This document shows, piece after piece, positions 36,367 to 48,538 of a stretch of 64,000 bases of DNA. The notes under the pieces are model-generated. The model was given only the letters and a program-made list of their open reading frames with translations. It was not told the origin of the DNA and did no database searches. Source of the stretch: Orbicella franksi (lineage: Eukaryota); the NCBI GenBank assembly GCA_964199315.1, contig OZ116699.1, forward strand, positions 31,806,001 through 31,870,000, written 5' to 3'. Position 1 is the first letter of the stretch; each line of letters begins with the position of its first letter. The translations under genes and the position numbers were made by a program.

Positions 36367-37710
36367 CTGCAGTAAAACGAAAACAAAATAATTTCTAACT
36401 TAGTGCAAGTAAGAATTGATCAGACAAAAATAGCCCTTCTATAGTTTAATGCAACAAACCAAACATAAGCGGCCCTAGGATAGTTGTTAATACAACAAAC
36501 GTACTAAACAAAAATACGGAAATTTTACTAAAACAAACTTTCTAGAATCAAGTGATCGAAAACGAAGATGTCGTCAAGTGACAACTCCTTAAATATTCAC
36601 TTCTTAGCGTGATTACGTAACCTGCATACCAATTTTGTACGGTAAGACCACTGCCGAATTTCCAATCCGGCATCTGGCATCCAGCATGGGTTAGGGTTGA
36701 TACGAAATTCAGTAGACCAAGTTTGATATAGACAAAGTATGTTATAGAGAAGAGTTCGACAGATGTAAAATCCATCGCATGGATAAGATTTGTCCCGAAC
36801 TTAGTACTTTTGAGGCATTTGCAACAACTGTGCTGCAAACTGTGGCCATCCGCGTCGAGAGATGTTTGTTATCACGTGATCACTTCTTTTTTTTTTAAAT
36901 CACGTGAATGAAACCATAATGGGCATCCGTCAGAGATTATGGATACGCGCTCTGGGTGGTAGTTCTTTAGCAGAGCGTCGGGTGTGATCGGTGCGTAAAA
37001 AGGGCCTGCAAGAAAGCCATTTAAACAGACGTCTGAGGTCAATAGTAACAGGGAATTTAACAAAAACCGAGTTCGAATTAGCGGGGTCCAGATGCCATCG
37101 ATGGTAACCTTGGCTAATCAGTAGTGCCGTCTATCGTCAGTGCATTTCCTAGAATTTGCACGCGGTGCTAGTCTATTTTTTAAAAAATTGTAATGCATCA
37201 TTTCAAGGGAGCCATTGCGCTATAATACTGCAGATGGCCTACCATCCAATCCAAAAACACGTAGCGACGAAGAACAAACCGACGTCCCGTTTCTAAACTT
37301 GTCTATTTCAGATTGCTCAATACCAATCAAATACAATAGTCTTTCTACCCTTGATATTGGTATTTTTGTCGTCATGTAAATATTTTTTGTATAATCACCC
37401 GATCTGCAGTGAAACGAAAACAAAATAATTTCTAACTTAGTACAAGTAAAAAAACACCAGTCTTTTAGGAGGGGGCATCTCTTTTATTGATCAGACACAA
37501 ACAACCCTAGCATAGTTTATCGCAACAAACATAAGCGGCCCTAGGATAGTTATTAATACAATCAATGTACTAAACAAAAACACGGAAATTCTACGAAAAC
37601 AAAATTTCCAGAATGAAGTGATCAAAAATGGAAATGCCGTCGAGTGACAACTCCTAACAGACAAACTCCTCAAATATTCGCTTCTTAGCATAATTACGTA
37701 ACCTGCATAC
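36367..37710 (+). repeat. Direct duplication of a 263/307-bp segment (36367-36629 and 37404-37710)
   Basis: ctgcagt(a/g)aaacgaaaacaaaataatttctaacttagt...aacataagcggccctaggatagtt...ttacgtaacctgcatac is shared by both copies, with indels. Confidence 0.85.
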
Positions 37711-39913
37711 AAACGAATCTATATACCGGCACACAACTATCTTGCAATAACGTGAAAAATTATGTATTAGTTTGGGCTGTGTGCACGGACAGCATAAGTG
37801 AATATTAATAATTCTCAAGAGACGTTGTAAGGTCTCTTAAGCGCCTTAAAGGAGTGATTAAGTGGCATGAATAGGAATCAGTCGTCTAACCATTATACTG
37901 GCTTACCTTGGACTAAGCCCTCATCAGGAGGGGGAGACATTATGTTACATGTTTAGTAGGGCCACTACATGCAAGGTGCAGCGACAATTTCAATCATCGT
38001 CGTCAACCCTTTTTGTAGTGTTTATTTCAAGTCTAAAAGCGGTCGGGGGTTTTTTCTTCAAGTTGGTTATTCATCCTCCTTTTATGGGCTTAAGAATGGT
38101 CCGAGAGAGGAATCATCGTGTTCATCACGTGTTAATATGACAGAGAGCTGTGTGCCTCTGCATGGAATCCTTTATTCCAGTGACGCCAGTGTCTATTCGG
38201 ATCTGTGTACAACAGCGTCCCTGTCACGCGAGTTAGAAGAAATCTCAGTTGTCATTTAGTCAAAGTTGAAGTGTGTCTGAGCTTTTAATCACTGATTATG
38301 CCCCTAAAACCATTCGCGTACCTCAGTAAAACCTCTATCACCGCCACCCACGTACCACACAGACGTGCATCAAGCAGTACCACTATTTGAGCCTTTCCTT
38401 ACCCTCCCCACCTGAAGTTAAGAGCCATCATGTGCTGAGTAAAACGTAATTAGCTTTTAAATCGCTTTTCCAATTAGAGCATACTTATCGTGTAAAGACA
38501 ATTTATATCACAAGAAATTAATTAACGTCGTGAACATTCTTTGCAAGCATGTTGTGCAATCAGAAAACTGTATGGCTTTCCACTAAAATGTACTTCGCCA
38601 GACTGTCCACAGGTTGAGGAGAACCTCGTGAGGCCTCTATTGCGATTGGACGCTTCATCATTGTGGCCACTGTTACGCAACTACTCATTGAGAAAGGCTA
38701 AGTCAGCGCGAATGGGCATCCGTTTTTTCAGTCAACTTGATTTTCGTGCGCTGAAATTTTTTGCTGAAAAAGAACACCAATTACAAATATCCAGATTTCA
38801 CACATGCATGAGGCACGTGGTTGATGAATTTAAACAATTCCGTGAAATTCTTAGCTTTTCATCGCTCTCAAAATCGCTCCCGTTAAAGAGTTTCAAAGAA
38901 TATCAAGAACTGCCACGCACAGACGAGCAGGAAGGAAATATATTTGAATGTAACTGTCTTTTATGAGATGGCAATTGAGCAAGATGAAAGGTTAATATGA
39001 AATTGAATGCTATGACCTGTGTTTGCGCAACTAAACAAAAGAGGTCCACATAATTAAAGAACGCTCAATAAGTTTTGAAGCTTCGTGGTGTTGACCATGG
39101 AGACAAACATATTTAACATGTGATTATAGGCTCCGTAAGAATTTCAAAAATTTCAAATTTGTATAGCGTTTTACCCTGCCAACACAGCCTCTTTTCTGTC
39201 CGCAGCTCAAAACCTTGCGCCTGGTATTGTGTTTTAAGAGTCTATTTGAAAACAGATTTATCATTTGGTTGTTTTGAATCGATGGCAGTTCATTGCTAAA
39301 ACAAAGATCTTGACCCGTCAAATAGTTCCGTGAGTTTATTATATTATTTAAATTGAAGGGTTACAAAAGACACCGAACAACCTTACCCCTCCCAAGAAAA
39401 GGCAACTTTGTTATCGCTTATGACTATATTGAAACCGAACCTTTCTTTGCATTTCTATCCGTCTACTAGAGTCATAAAGCGTTAGTGAAGCGTAAAAAAG
39501 CTACACACTGCGTTTGACAATCCAAAAAGCGGGGTGTCTTTGTTTGTTATTCCGACCCCTGTAGGAGAGGGGTAGCCGAATGCCCGCAGGGTCACGCGGT
39601 ACGTGCTGTTGTCACTAATAACAAAGTTATTAACCGCACAATAGACAACTGACTTCCCAGCTGTCAAAATTTAACGATTGGAAGTTTCATATCTTTATCT
39701 GGCAAATTCTCAGCTACATTACGCTCGGAATGCATTAATGTGGCTCTCGACATTCGAGGAATCTAGACGTGGTCATATCTGTGGTCGATTAATATAACTC
39801 AAACGAAACCACGAGTGTCATTTGAATAATCACGAGCTTGTATGAAGAACACCACGTCACACAATGTTTGCTCGCAGTTGTACCGTATGTGAACCGCCAG
39901 GGTGTTCTATAGA

Positions 39914-41401
39914 ATGCTCTGCGGGCCAGTGAATATGAAGGACACAAGTTACGAGCAGCCTGTCTGGAGTAATACTACCTCGAATGAGGACACTATGTAC
40001 AACACTTGGGAAGTACAAGAAAACGGCTGGGATCAAGGCAAGTTGAGCCATTCTCGCTCCCTTGAAGCGGAGAGTTTTCCGGCCACAAGAAAATCCGAAA
40101 GCAGTGAGAACCACGATCGGTTCTACCGCAACGGACGAACAGGGATGCCGAGCCGCAGCGCATCGAATGAGGATGTAAACACGGAAACAGAAGCTATGGT
40201 ACGTCCTCGATTTCAAATAACTATTGAACAACCGATCCGCCGCATTACCCCTGCAAGGAATACTTCCTTGCAGTGGTCCAAGCCCCGTACAACGCGGCGT
40301 GCTTCGGACGGTTTTCTCGCCTCTGCTCGGTTCTCTGGGAGTAATACTCCGACCTTCAGCGCTCTCTCAGAGGAACACGACATGGAGGATGGCGAAACGG
40401 GATCCATTCCAACCGCGACAAACAATGCAAGCAGCAGGGCTTCTTCGCTCAATTGCCGCCGATTTTCCGATGGTTGCTTTCACAGCGTTCCAAGGTATAC
40501 AGGATCCAAAAAAGTCAGCATTGTTTTGCCGCAACCGCGAAAAAGTTCGAACCAAGGATCTAAGACATGTGAGGACGACGTAAAGGATATGGAAAGTGCT
40601 GATTGCAGCAGAAACGAAGAAGACGATCGCTGGAAGGAACTAGTGGCAAAGGCGCAAGGATTTAAGGGCGCTAAAATGAACGGAGTGGGCAAATTCAGAG
40701 GATTATACGTAGAAGACGTAAAAGGGGACATAAATCGCTCTTTGGATATGGAGGACGTGCTAAGCGACAATAGCAGCGAAGCATCTTTTTCATCAAACAG
40801 CTCATATCACTCATCGTCTGACAGCGATAGTACCGTGTATAGCGCGTTAGTAACTAAGCCGATATCCGGTGATTTAGCGCATTTCAGGGAGGTTAGCCGC
40901 ACTATTTCCAATTCCACTTCAAGGACAGCTCGCCGGGGTTCCGCTGAACATTCGTTCGACTCTTATTCAAGTAAAAACCAACCGCGCAGATATTCAGTGG
41001 CAAGCTTCTCCTCTGCACGTTCCTTGAACCCTGCGTCAACAGCAAAACTTTCCGGTTACAGCACGCAAAGTGCGCTAGAACAAGCTCGGCAGCTTCTCGG
41101 CAAGCTTCAGTTAGAGGGGAAGAATAAAAATAAAAAAGAAAGGTTGGAGGAACTGAGCAGAGCGCTTAAGTGGATCCTGGAAGAACTTAATCGCATTGAA
41201 ACACCGGACAGAGATCTAGTCAGCTTGTTCATCAGTTTACGTGCGAAAATTGTGCACTTAAAGAACGAACTGAAGGCGGAAGAATTCGACGCGACCTGCA
41301 TTGACCCAAGTGAAATTGACAGCGCCCCGCAAATCCAAAACCGTATAATGACCGAAGGCAATTTCGCGCATACCCGCTCAAGACGATTTAGCTGGTGTTG
41401 A
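39914..41401 (+). CDS. FAM167-like protein A: long Ser/Arg-rich disordered region plus C-terminal FAM167 coiled coil
   Basis: Single 1.5-kb ORF (first ATG 39914, alternative 39935). C-terminus ALKWILEELNRIETPDRDLVSLFISLRAKIVHLK...SRRFSWC* parallels FAM167A as I recall it ([34 protein letters not shown]...SRRFSLC*). Confidence 0.8.
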   Translation: MLCGPVNMKDTSYEQPVWSNTTSNEDTMYNTWEVQENGWDQGKLSHSRSLEAESFPATRKSESSENHDRFYRNGRTGMPSRSASNEDVNTETEAMVRPRFQITIEQPIRRITPARNTSLQWSKPRTTRRASDGFLASARFSGSNTPTFSALSEEHDMEDGETGSIPTATNNASSRASSLNCRRFSDGCFHSVPRYTGSKKVSIVLPQPRKSSNQGSKTCEDDVKDMESADCSRNEEDDRWKELVAKAQGFKGAKMNGVGKFRGLYVEDVKGDINRSLDMEDVLSDNSSEASFSSNSSYHSSSDSDSTVYSALVTKPISGDLAHFREVSRTISNSTSRTARRGSAEHSFDSYSSKNQPRRYSVASFSSARSLNPASTAKLSGYSTQSALEQARQLLGKLQLEGKNKNKKERLEELSRALKWILEELNRIETPDRDLVSLFISLRAKIVHLKNELKAEEFDATCIDPSEIDSAPQIQNRIMTEGNFAHTRSRRFSWC

Positions 41402-44400
41402 AGTTAGGCAATATTCTCTCTGGCGGGTGAGTAAGTTGTTAAGAAACTTGTTTTTCTACACAACTTATTGTTTCCGGCACACGTTTAATAGTTGTACAAC
41501 TGCAATACTTAACTTAACATGCTAGTTTACATTCAGACTCCTAACTTCGCCGCTTGAGGAGATCAAATTGGGTTATTGTTTGAATCACACCTCAAAATTA
41601 ATGCAGGTCTCTGTGTACATTGAAGTTTTTTCTTTTCTAAAAGCGGTCGAAGAAAGAACGCATACAAATTCCGTGCTCAGTGAAGGAAAATATGAGTTCA
41701 CCAGTAATAGTAATTGCCATTAATCAAGAACGTTTTGCGTGGGAAAAACCAGTCTTGCGGGACATCGTTTATAAGGACATTGATCAATTTTTTCACAGCC
41801 AAAACAACCTTAATTGTTCTTCATCTACACAAAGAACATCCTTTGTGTTGCAAATTTCCTTCAGGCTCTTTTCAGACCACAGCATTGAATGCAAACACCT
41901 TGGATTTAACAATGCTGAAAATTTTGAACGCAAAAATGTTTTGAAAGAAAACAGTGCCCTCATGGTACAAATCCCGTACAAATAGGTACTTCAAGGTCTG
42001 TCAAAGGGTTCGCTGACTTCCGATCGCTGTCATCAAACGGCCTATTTAGTCGTTTTCTCACTGCAAACAAAAAAAGTTGATTCAACAATTGTTTAACTTT
42101 ATTCGAAAAGATCGTAAGGTGTTTCAATTCCATAGACATGGGAAAAAAGACGATGAATTCGTCTCATTGTGACATTAGACTTTGCGTGTTTCTTCAAGAG
42201 GGAAAAATCTTCAAATGCAATATAAGTTCTTAAGGGTCATGGGGTGAAGCTGAAGTAATCTTTCTTCAAAAGAAACGCAAAGCAAACATTTGACCGCAAC
42301 GTCAATTTAATTAGACATCTTCAAGGAGTCTTTTGTCCCATCCCATCAAAAACATTTAATTGAGCACTTTATTTTAAGGCATGGATTTGGTGTACTTGCG
42401 TCAAGAAAAGAAATTGACGTTGGCTTTTACATGTAAAGAATGCTCCCAAAATAGGCTTTTGTCGACGTGTTTATACGCATCACGAGACGATGCTTTCACT
42501 GGAGTTTCGAACCGGTAGAGATTGTCACATCCAAGACTAGACAGTCTAGTTCTCTGGCACTGCGGAAACTGCACACTTGACTTTCACTCTATTTGAAAAC
42601 GTTCCGGAAAGAAAACACATGCAGTATTCTTGCCATTTTTGGTGGACATCCATGAGTTATGTGTTAAATCGGCTTTACGAGCGAAACAAGCGATTTTAGC
42701 GAAAAGTATGAGGATCATCAAAGGAATGTGATCTCTTTGTTTCGTTCGTTTCAGTTTCCACAGGTTCACGGTTTTCTCGTTTATTTTGGGAAGAGAAGAA
42801 TTATTTCTCAAAAAGAGATGTAATACAGTGTGGCTGTCATAATTCCTACCCAATACGACATAAGTAGTCATGGCTACACTGAGACCCCCTGTGTGCATTA
42901 TTATCTGGAACAGTTTTTTATTGTTCCATTTTTGCCATATTTGTGCTGTTAAGTTCATAACGTTTATATTTTTCTTGATCATTATAAAGCGATTGCTTTT
43001 TTATCGTGTTTATGTGTGCATTGGTGTAACAATGTTTATTTTTGCTGCTAGCTTTGGTCCAAAACTTGAACTCTGACTATCTCAAATAACATTGCGCTTA
43101 TTACAAATAACACTCCTATCTGAACTTACGAATTCAATTTTCTGGCAGACTTGCGTTCAATACCCAGGTACAGAGTAAAAATCGCGTCTAGAACCCAATT
43201 TTCTTTACGAGCCTCAGCACATGACTCAACGCATGGTCGCGTTCACGCTTTCTTGAAAGGAATCATCAGTACTTGTAAGCTTCAAGTGTTTTAGAAAGTA
43301 AAAATATTTCTTAGCGTTTAAAACTTGGCACGGTGTTGGGTGTAAGAGGATTGACCGTCTGAAATAATCTGTTCCCTAACACAAGCAAAAATACCGCCGG
43401 ATCTGTGATGCCCTGATCTAACCTCCTTTTAGCTCTAGCAAACATATAGTCGAGCAACGATCACGTTTTGCGCGTTATGATATCTGCCCCACTGCACCGC
43501 CTCATTAAAACATTCTCTAGAAACAATTGTATTTGACTTAGCTGAGGGCATTACTTTGACAATGAAGATGTTTTTTTCAGCCAATAACAAAGAACTAGAT
43601 TTGCAAAGATATTAGGTTTGAAGTGTACTAATCCTCGTTGCTAAAAAAAGAGATAATTGTACAACCGCCTTTGTAGTGTAGGCTGATCGGATGTAATTCA
43701 AAGCTTATTTATGTCTCCCAATAGTCACGTTTTTGTACAGGATATAAGGACAAAATAGGCGGTGCATTTCATATTTTCTGACCTCTCATGGTATTTAGAT
43801 AATGTATATTGTAAGGGTAACCTTGAGTCCGGAAACATGACGACAAAACTGCAACGTCTAAGCTTAACAACAACGAAATATCCACAAAATGCAAGAGTCT
43901 CATATGTAGATTTCTGTGGATGTTGGTGGCCCTTAAAAGAAATCGTAGACCTTTGGCGCCTTTTAATCACACGCCTTTTTTGATAAGAATATATTGTAAT
44001 GGTCGATTAATGAAGGAAAAAACTAGCAGACACTATAAACAATGGCTGCCTGTGAACTTCACTCCCAAAAACGTGCGTAAGCCCCTCCCAACTAAATACT
44101 TGGTAATCCAAGGAGGTTTTAAATTCATAAATGCTTTGTCCCGGTATGCGGCTTGTTTTTGTAAGGAAGGTACTGCTCAGTATAGTCCCAGTCTTAGAAA
44201 CTGTGTTGATTAAAATATCATATTTCTTAATCGAACGATTTTTTCTTGTCAGTTAGCAAAGAAATTCCTTCATGTCCGGATTTCGTCTTTTGTATTCGAG
44301 TGTTTTGTACAGCTTACAAAGGAAACCGGTATGAATTTATTCTTCCAGCTAAAACAGTCTTATCACATTTCTCCATGCTTGTCTTGGAAAGAATCGTGTT

Positions 44401-45885
44401 TTCATTCCGCAATCACAAATCAAACCAAAGCTTAATATCATATCACACCTTTGTTTCCACATTACAGTTCCAAGCAAGCAAAATTATTTCGAAATTCTGC
44501 ACAGCAAGGAGGGTCAAGGAGCAGTCAGAGCAAGCGACTGCAAGACAAAATTTATGTTGATCGTCGGTTCAACCCAAAAAAGAATACGACTCAATAATTC
44601 CAAGTTTGTGGTTTGCCAAATTTCAAGTGGATCACCCTTCCAGCTGTCAGTCTGTAGAACGAAATTCTTATCAGTTTCAAAAATGTTTTGCTACTTTCCT
44701 CGCGGCATGCACGACATCGGAAAACATTTCCCCCTTTTTGGGGGTAATTTCCTGAGGTGGATGACATGGAAACCAGATCACTCTGTTGTTATGATACTTA
44801 CTATCAGAAACGCCTGTGTAATACTTTAGCAGTGCTTTGTCATGTTTCAGTCGAAATCCTCGAACGGCCGGAAGAAGAAATTAAACTTTTAATTTATCAC
44901 CTGAATGAAAACAGGAGGTATTTCCTTATTAGGTGTAATTTCATTTTCCATCCACAAACACGTTACAATTGATACCTATCTCTGCATCATTGCAGCATAT
45001 CAGTTTTATCATTAGATATGGCCGGTTCTGACCTAGCTATTTCCCCTGAGTCATTTTATTGAATGAAAGGCAATATCGATGAAGGCAAGAACGAGATATT
45101 GTTGATCGTACAAAACTGTCCTGTGTGCGGTTTCTGTTTGACTGAAGCTTTCAAACTTTAAGAAAGCCGCTTTCAAATATGGCGGTTTATTTTTAAAAGA
45201 CATACTTATTTAACTAATGAAACCAAACGACAGGCCGACTTCATATCAAAATCTCTTTTAAAATTTAGCGCGGTAATTTTTTTTTTGAGCTACGTATATT
45301 GAAATGGTCTCAACCTGTAATATCGACCAACAGCCTCCATGCACTAAGTAGCATTTCAATTATTTCGAATATCACGAAAAAATTTCATCTAAGACTGGTT
45401 TACTGTACTGTTAGATGAACTTTACTGTAATAGCTTTATTGACTACAATTTGATGTATAAAGCTGAAGGCCGGAACGCGGAATTCAGGACCCGAAGAATA
45501 AGCGGCTCATTGGTTTTTGGTCGAATTTTTAATCCGATTCTTACAAACATGAAAATGAATTGTCTTGACCGCATTTGAAAGGTTGTTGTTGACTTTATCC
45601 ATTCAAAAATATTTTCTCCTAATTCCTCACATGCATGAAAAGTAGATCTTTACAATGTATACAAGACTCGGCTTATATGAATTCAGAAGAGGGTTTTCTC
45701 GAGGTTCTCGTTAGCTGAAGCTTGCCAACCCAGAGCGATATCGCCCACTTTCAAACTATGCGTTTTATGTTATGTTTCGGGACTAGCAAGTTTTATTTTG
45801 ACGAATATATCGGCAACATGCCCAATAGCTTCTATTTATATCCAAAGATATGCCCGGGTGTTTGTCCTTGGATATGATACTCTCT

Positions 45886-46061
45886 GGGTGGGTTCCTTTG
45901 AGGTGACCTGGATCAGGTTCAGTGATCCAAGATCACTCGGATCATGGTATATCAAAGGAACCGATTAATCCACTCTGGTCACGGATTTATCTGTCCCTTT
46001 GATGCACCATGATCCGAGTGATCTTGGATCCTGATCCAGATCACCCCAAAGGAACGCACTC
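45886..46061. mobile_element. Palindromic MITE, 3-bp TSD (PIF/Harbinger-like)
   Basis: Ends gggtgggttcctttgaggtgacctggatcag / ctgatccagatcaccccaaaggaacgcactc; internal gatccaagatcactcggatcatggt / accatgatccgagtgatcttggatc; tct on both flanks. Confidence 0.8.
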
Positions 46062-46836
46062 TCTATCCACTCCCATAACATCATAACATCACGCCAGATT
46101 ACGGTATTACGATTACAGTAGCTCTCAGAACAGGTCGCGAAATGGCTATTTTGCCAGCTTGGACCAGAGGACTGGGTCCTCGTTATGCGTTTTGTATTGT
46201 AAATTCTGAGACATTTGCTCAGTTGAACGATTCTATGTTTCTGCGTATCGCTGCCTCTAGAGTTGGGAGCGCCGCAGCTGATTCCAACATGTGGTGGTAG
46301 ACTCGTTTCCTTTTTCAAAATTGTGGCTTTGGGTTAAAATTTCGTAACTAGGGGTGTTGGTCTTAACTACTTAGCTAGAAGATTGTTTCTTCGTGATATT
46401 GATATAAGCTGATGGAATCAACTGGCCATGGGCTCCCTGTTGACCTACAGGCCCCTGCATGCACACACACGTGGGTGTCTTCTGGGTAGTGTAGACAAAA
46501 TGAAGTCAGTCGTGGTGAAATCTTCTGCTTATGATGTATTTCATTTATGTTCTCTCCCAATGTTTAGATATCCAAGCAAGAGATAAAACATGGAGGAAAG
46601 TTTATCAAGTAGGACTACGTTAATGCTATGTCGAAATTAAACGTGGCTCAGGAAGTTTAAACTTTGACACTCTAGTAGAGAAAGCCCAATGATGCGGGTG
46701 AAGAAAACTTAAGTGTTAACACCCAGAAGTGAACAGAATCAGAGTCAGGGTATGATGTCAAAATTTGTTGTCATAGACACTACTCGGGTGAAACAAGAGA
46801 GAATGAAGGGTCAGACAGTTAAACTTTATTCCAAAG

Positions 46837-46886
46837 GTAATCCATCTCAAGTTATTTTTAGCTTAAAATAACTTGAGATGGATTAC
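46837..46886. repeat. Near-perfect 50-bp palindrome
   Basis: gtaatccatctcaagttatttt-tagctt-aaaataacttgagatggattac: 22-bp perfect arms. Confidence 0.95.
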
Positions 46887-48490
46887 GTAACAGGGTCTAT
46901 TTGGGGGATTAGCTGTCGCACCCTTCATGCTCTCTTGGTGGAAGGTATTATTCTTTTGTTTCTAGGATCAATGGCAGCCAATTTTGACGTCACTGATTTC
47001 TCCCTCAGTTTGTACATTGGCAAAACCCATGCAGATTTGCATTAAGAAATGGAGTAGTTAAACTGATTTCAAATATGCATGGAAAGATCTACTATATTAC
47101 CAGCCAACTGAACCTCCATGCTTAACTCTTAAAAGAAACAGACGCAGATCTAGAGATGATTGTTTTATATAACGTGGATCTAAAAATCATTGTTTTAAAT
47201 AGTAGATATTGAGTTTAGTATAGAGTAGACGGTCGTTCATACTGATTTTGTATAAATAGACTAGATAGTATTTATGTTATATATCTTTCATTTGGTATTC
47301 ATAATCCGTTCTCTCTCGTGTCCTCGTTTAAAAATATTATTCGTTAATTTTGCTAGTATTTTGATACTGTTAGCTAAATTAAATTAAATTTTGATGTCAA
47401 ATCATTATATTGCTGTACATTTTGTATAGTTAGCCTTAAGACAGAAATGAACAGGTTCCTTTGTTATTCCCACGACTAAGTTACCTGAATTTGTTTCAAA
47501 ACTGAAAGAGAAGAAAAGGATAAGTCGTTTATATATCTACGCAGTGAAATTCTCCTGCAACTATGTGGAATTAAACCGTAGTTTCAACGCGTTGCAGTTG
47601 TCTCGCAATTCTACCAAAATAGTGTAGCGTTGTACTGCAATTGTTTTACACAGCCCATGACACAGTTTGGTGTTTAAATCATCTGAGTATGATTTAAGAT
47701 GGCTCCGATCAAACTTAGATTGAAAGGAATCAGGCAGGAACTATTATAGCTAATTTCGCTGTGCGTTATATTACATTTACTGGTAAACCCTAACTAAGAC
47801 AAGTGTCGGATTCTCAATCGTACTGTTGGCCAAACGTGTGAGAGACTGATGCAGTTCATCATGGGTTCAGCCAGGCTTGAAATGACCATAGGATTTCTCT
47901 TTTACAATTTTTGATAAATCTATATGACTGTATAGTAATTTGAGATCAGCGGAAAAATTAGGTACCTTAACTAGAAAAATATTAGCCATAAAAACACGAA
48001 AAATAATATTTAGAAACCATTATGTGTATAAAAATTTTATATCATACGACTAGTTTGTAGTCTACTAAGATAGTTGATGACTGAATTAAAATTTATCGAT
48101 AAAAACAAACGTTTAAATACATTTTGTGACAAGCATATATTGCATTATATTTGGCTTTATCAATGGACAACGATTTTATTTGTTCTTCTCCATAGTTAAT
48201 AAGGATTTAACTTGTTGTAAGAAATTGGAATCGATCGAAAACAAATGACGCCTTTGTATAAATCAAATGAGTTGTTATTATAATAAACAAGAAACCTATA
48301 ATGAAACCTGTGTCTCTTTTACCTACATTCAGTTGTACCTTGCACCGCAGAAACTCGAAGATAACGTTTACTTATTTTATGTAGAGGGTACTGAAATGGT
48401 AAAATGCAAACAAGGATTGACTGGTCTGTTTTTGTTCTGGGAAAATGGGATTTAAGGTGATTCCTCGCATTTGCATTGCGCATCCTTACT

Positions 48491-48538
48491 TGCACGCGCT
48501 CGCGCTCGCGCTCGCGCTCGCGCACGCGCACGCGCACA
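48491..48538 (+). repeat. Compound (GCGCTC)n(GCGCAC)n microsatellite
   Basis: Read directly. Confidence 0.9.

Noticed and set aside
38541-38966. 141-aa plus-strand ORF upstream of FAM167-like A
   Set aside because: TTG start, no recognisable motif and no splice support; likely promoter or UTR sequence.
48319-48537. ORF with RVRVRERERER
   Set aside because: It is a translation of the GCGCTC/GCGCAC microsatellite.
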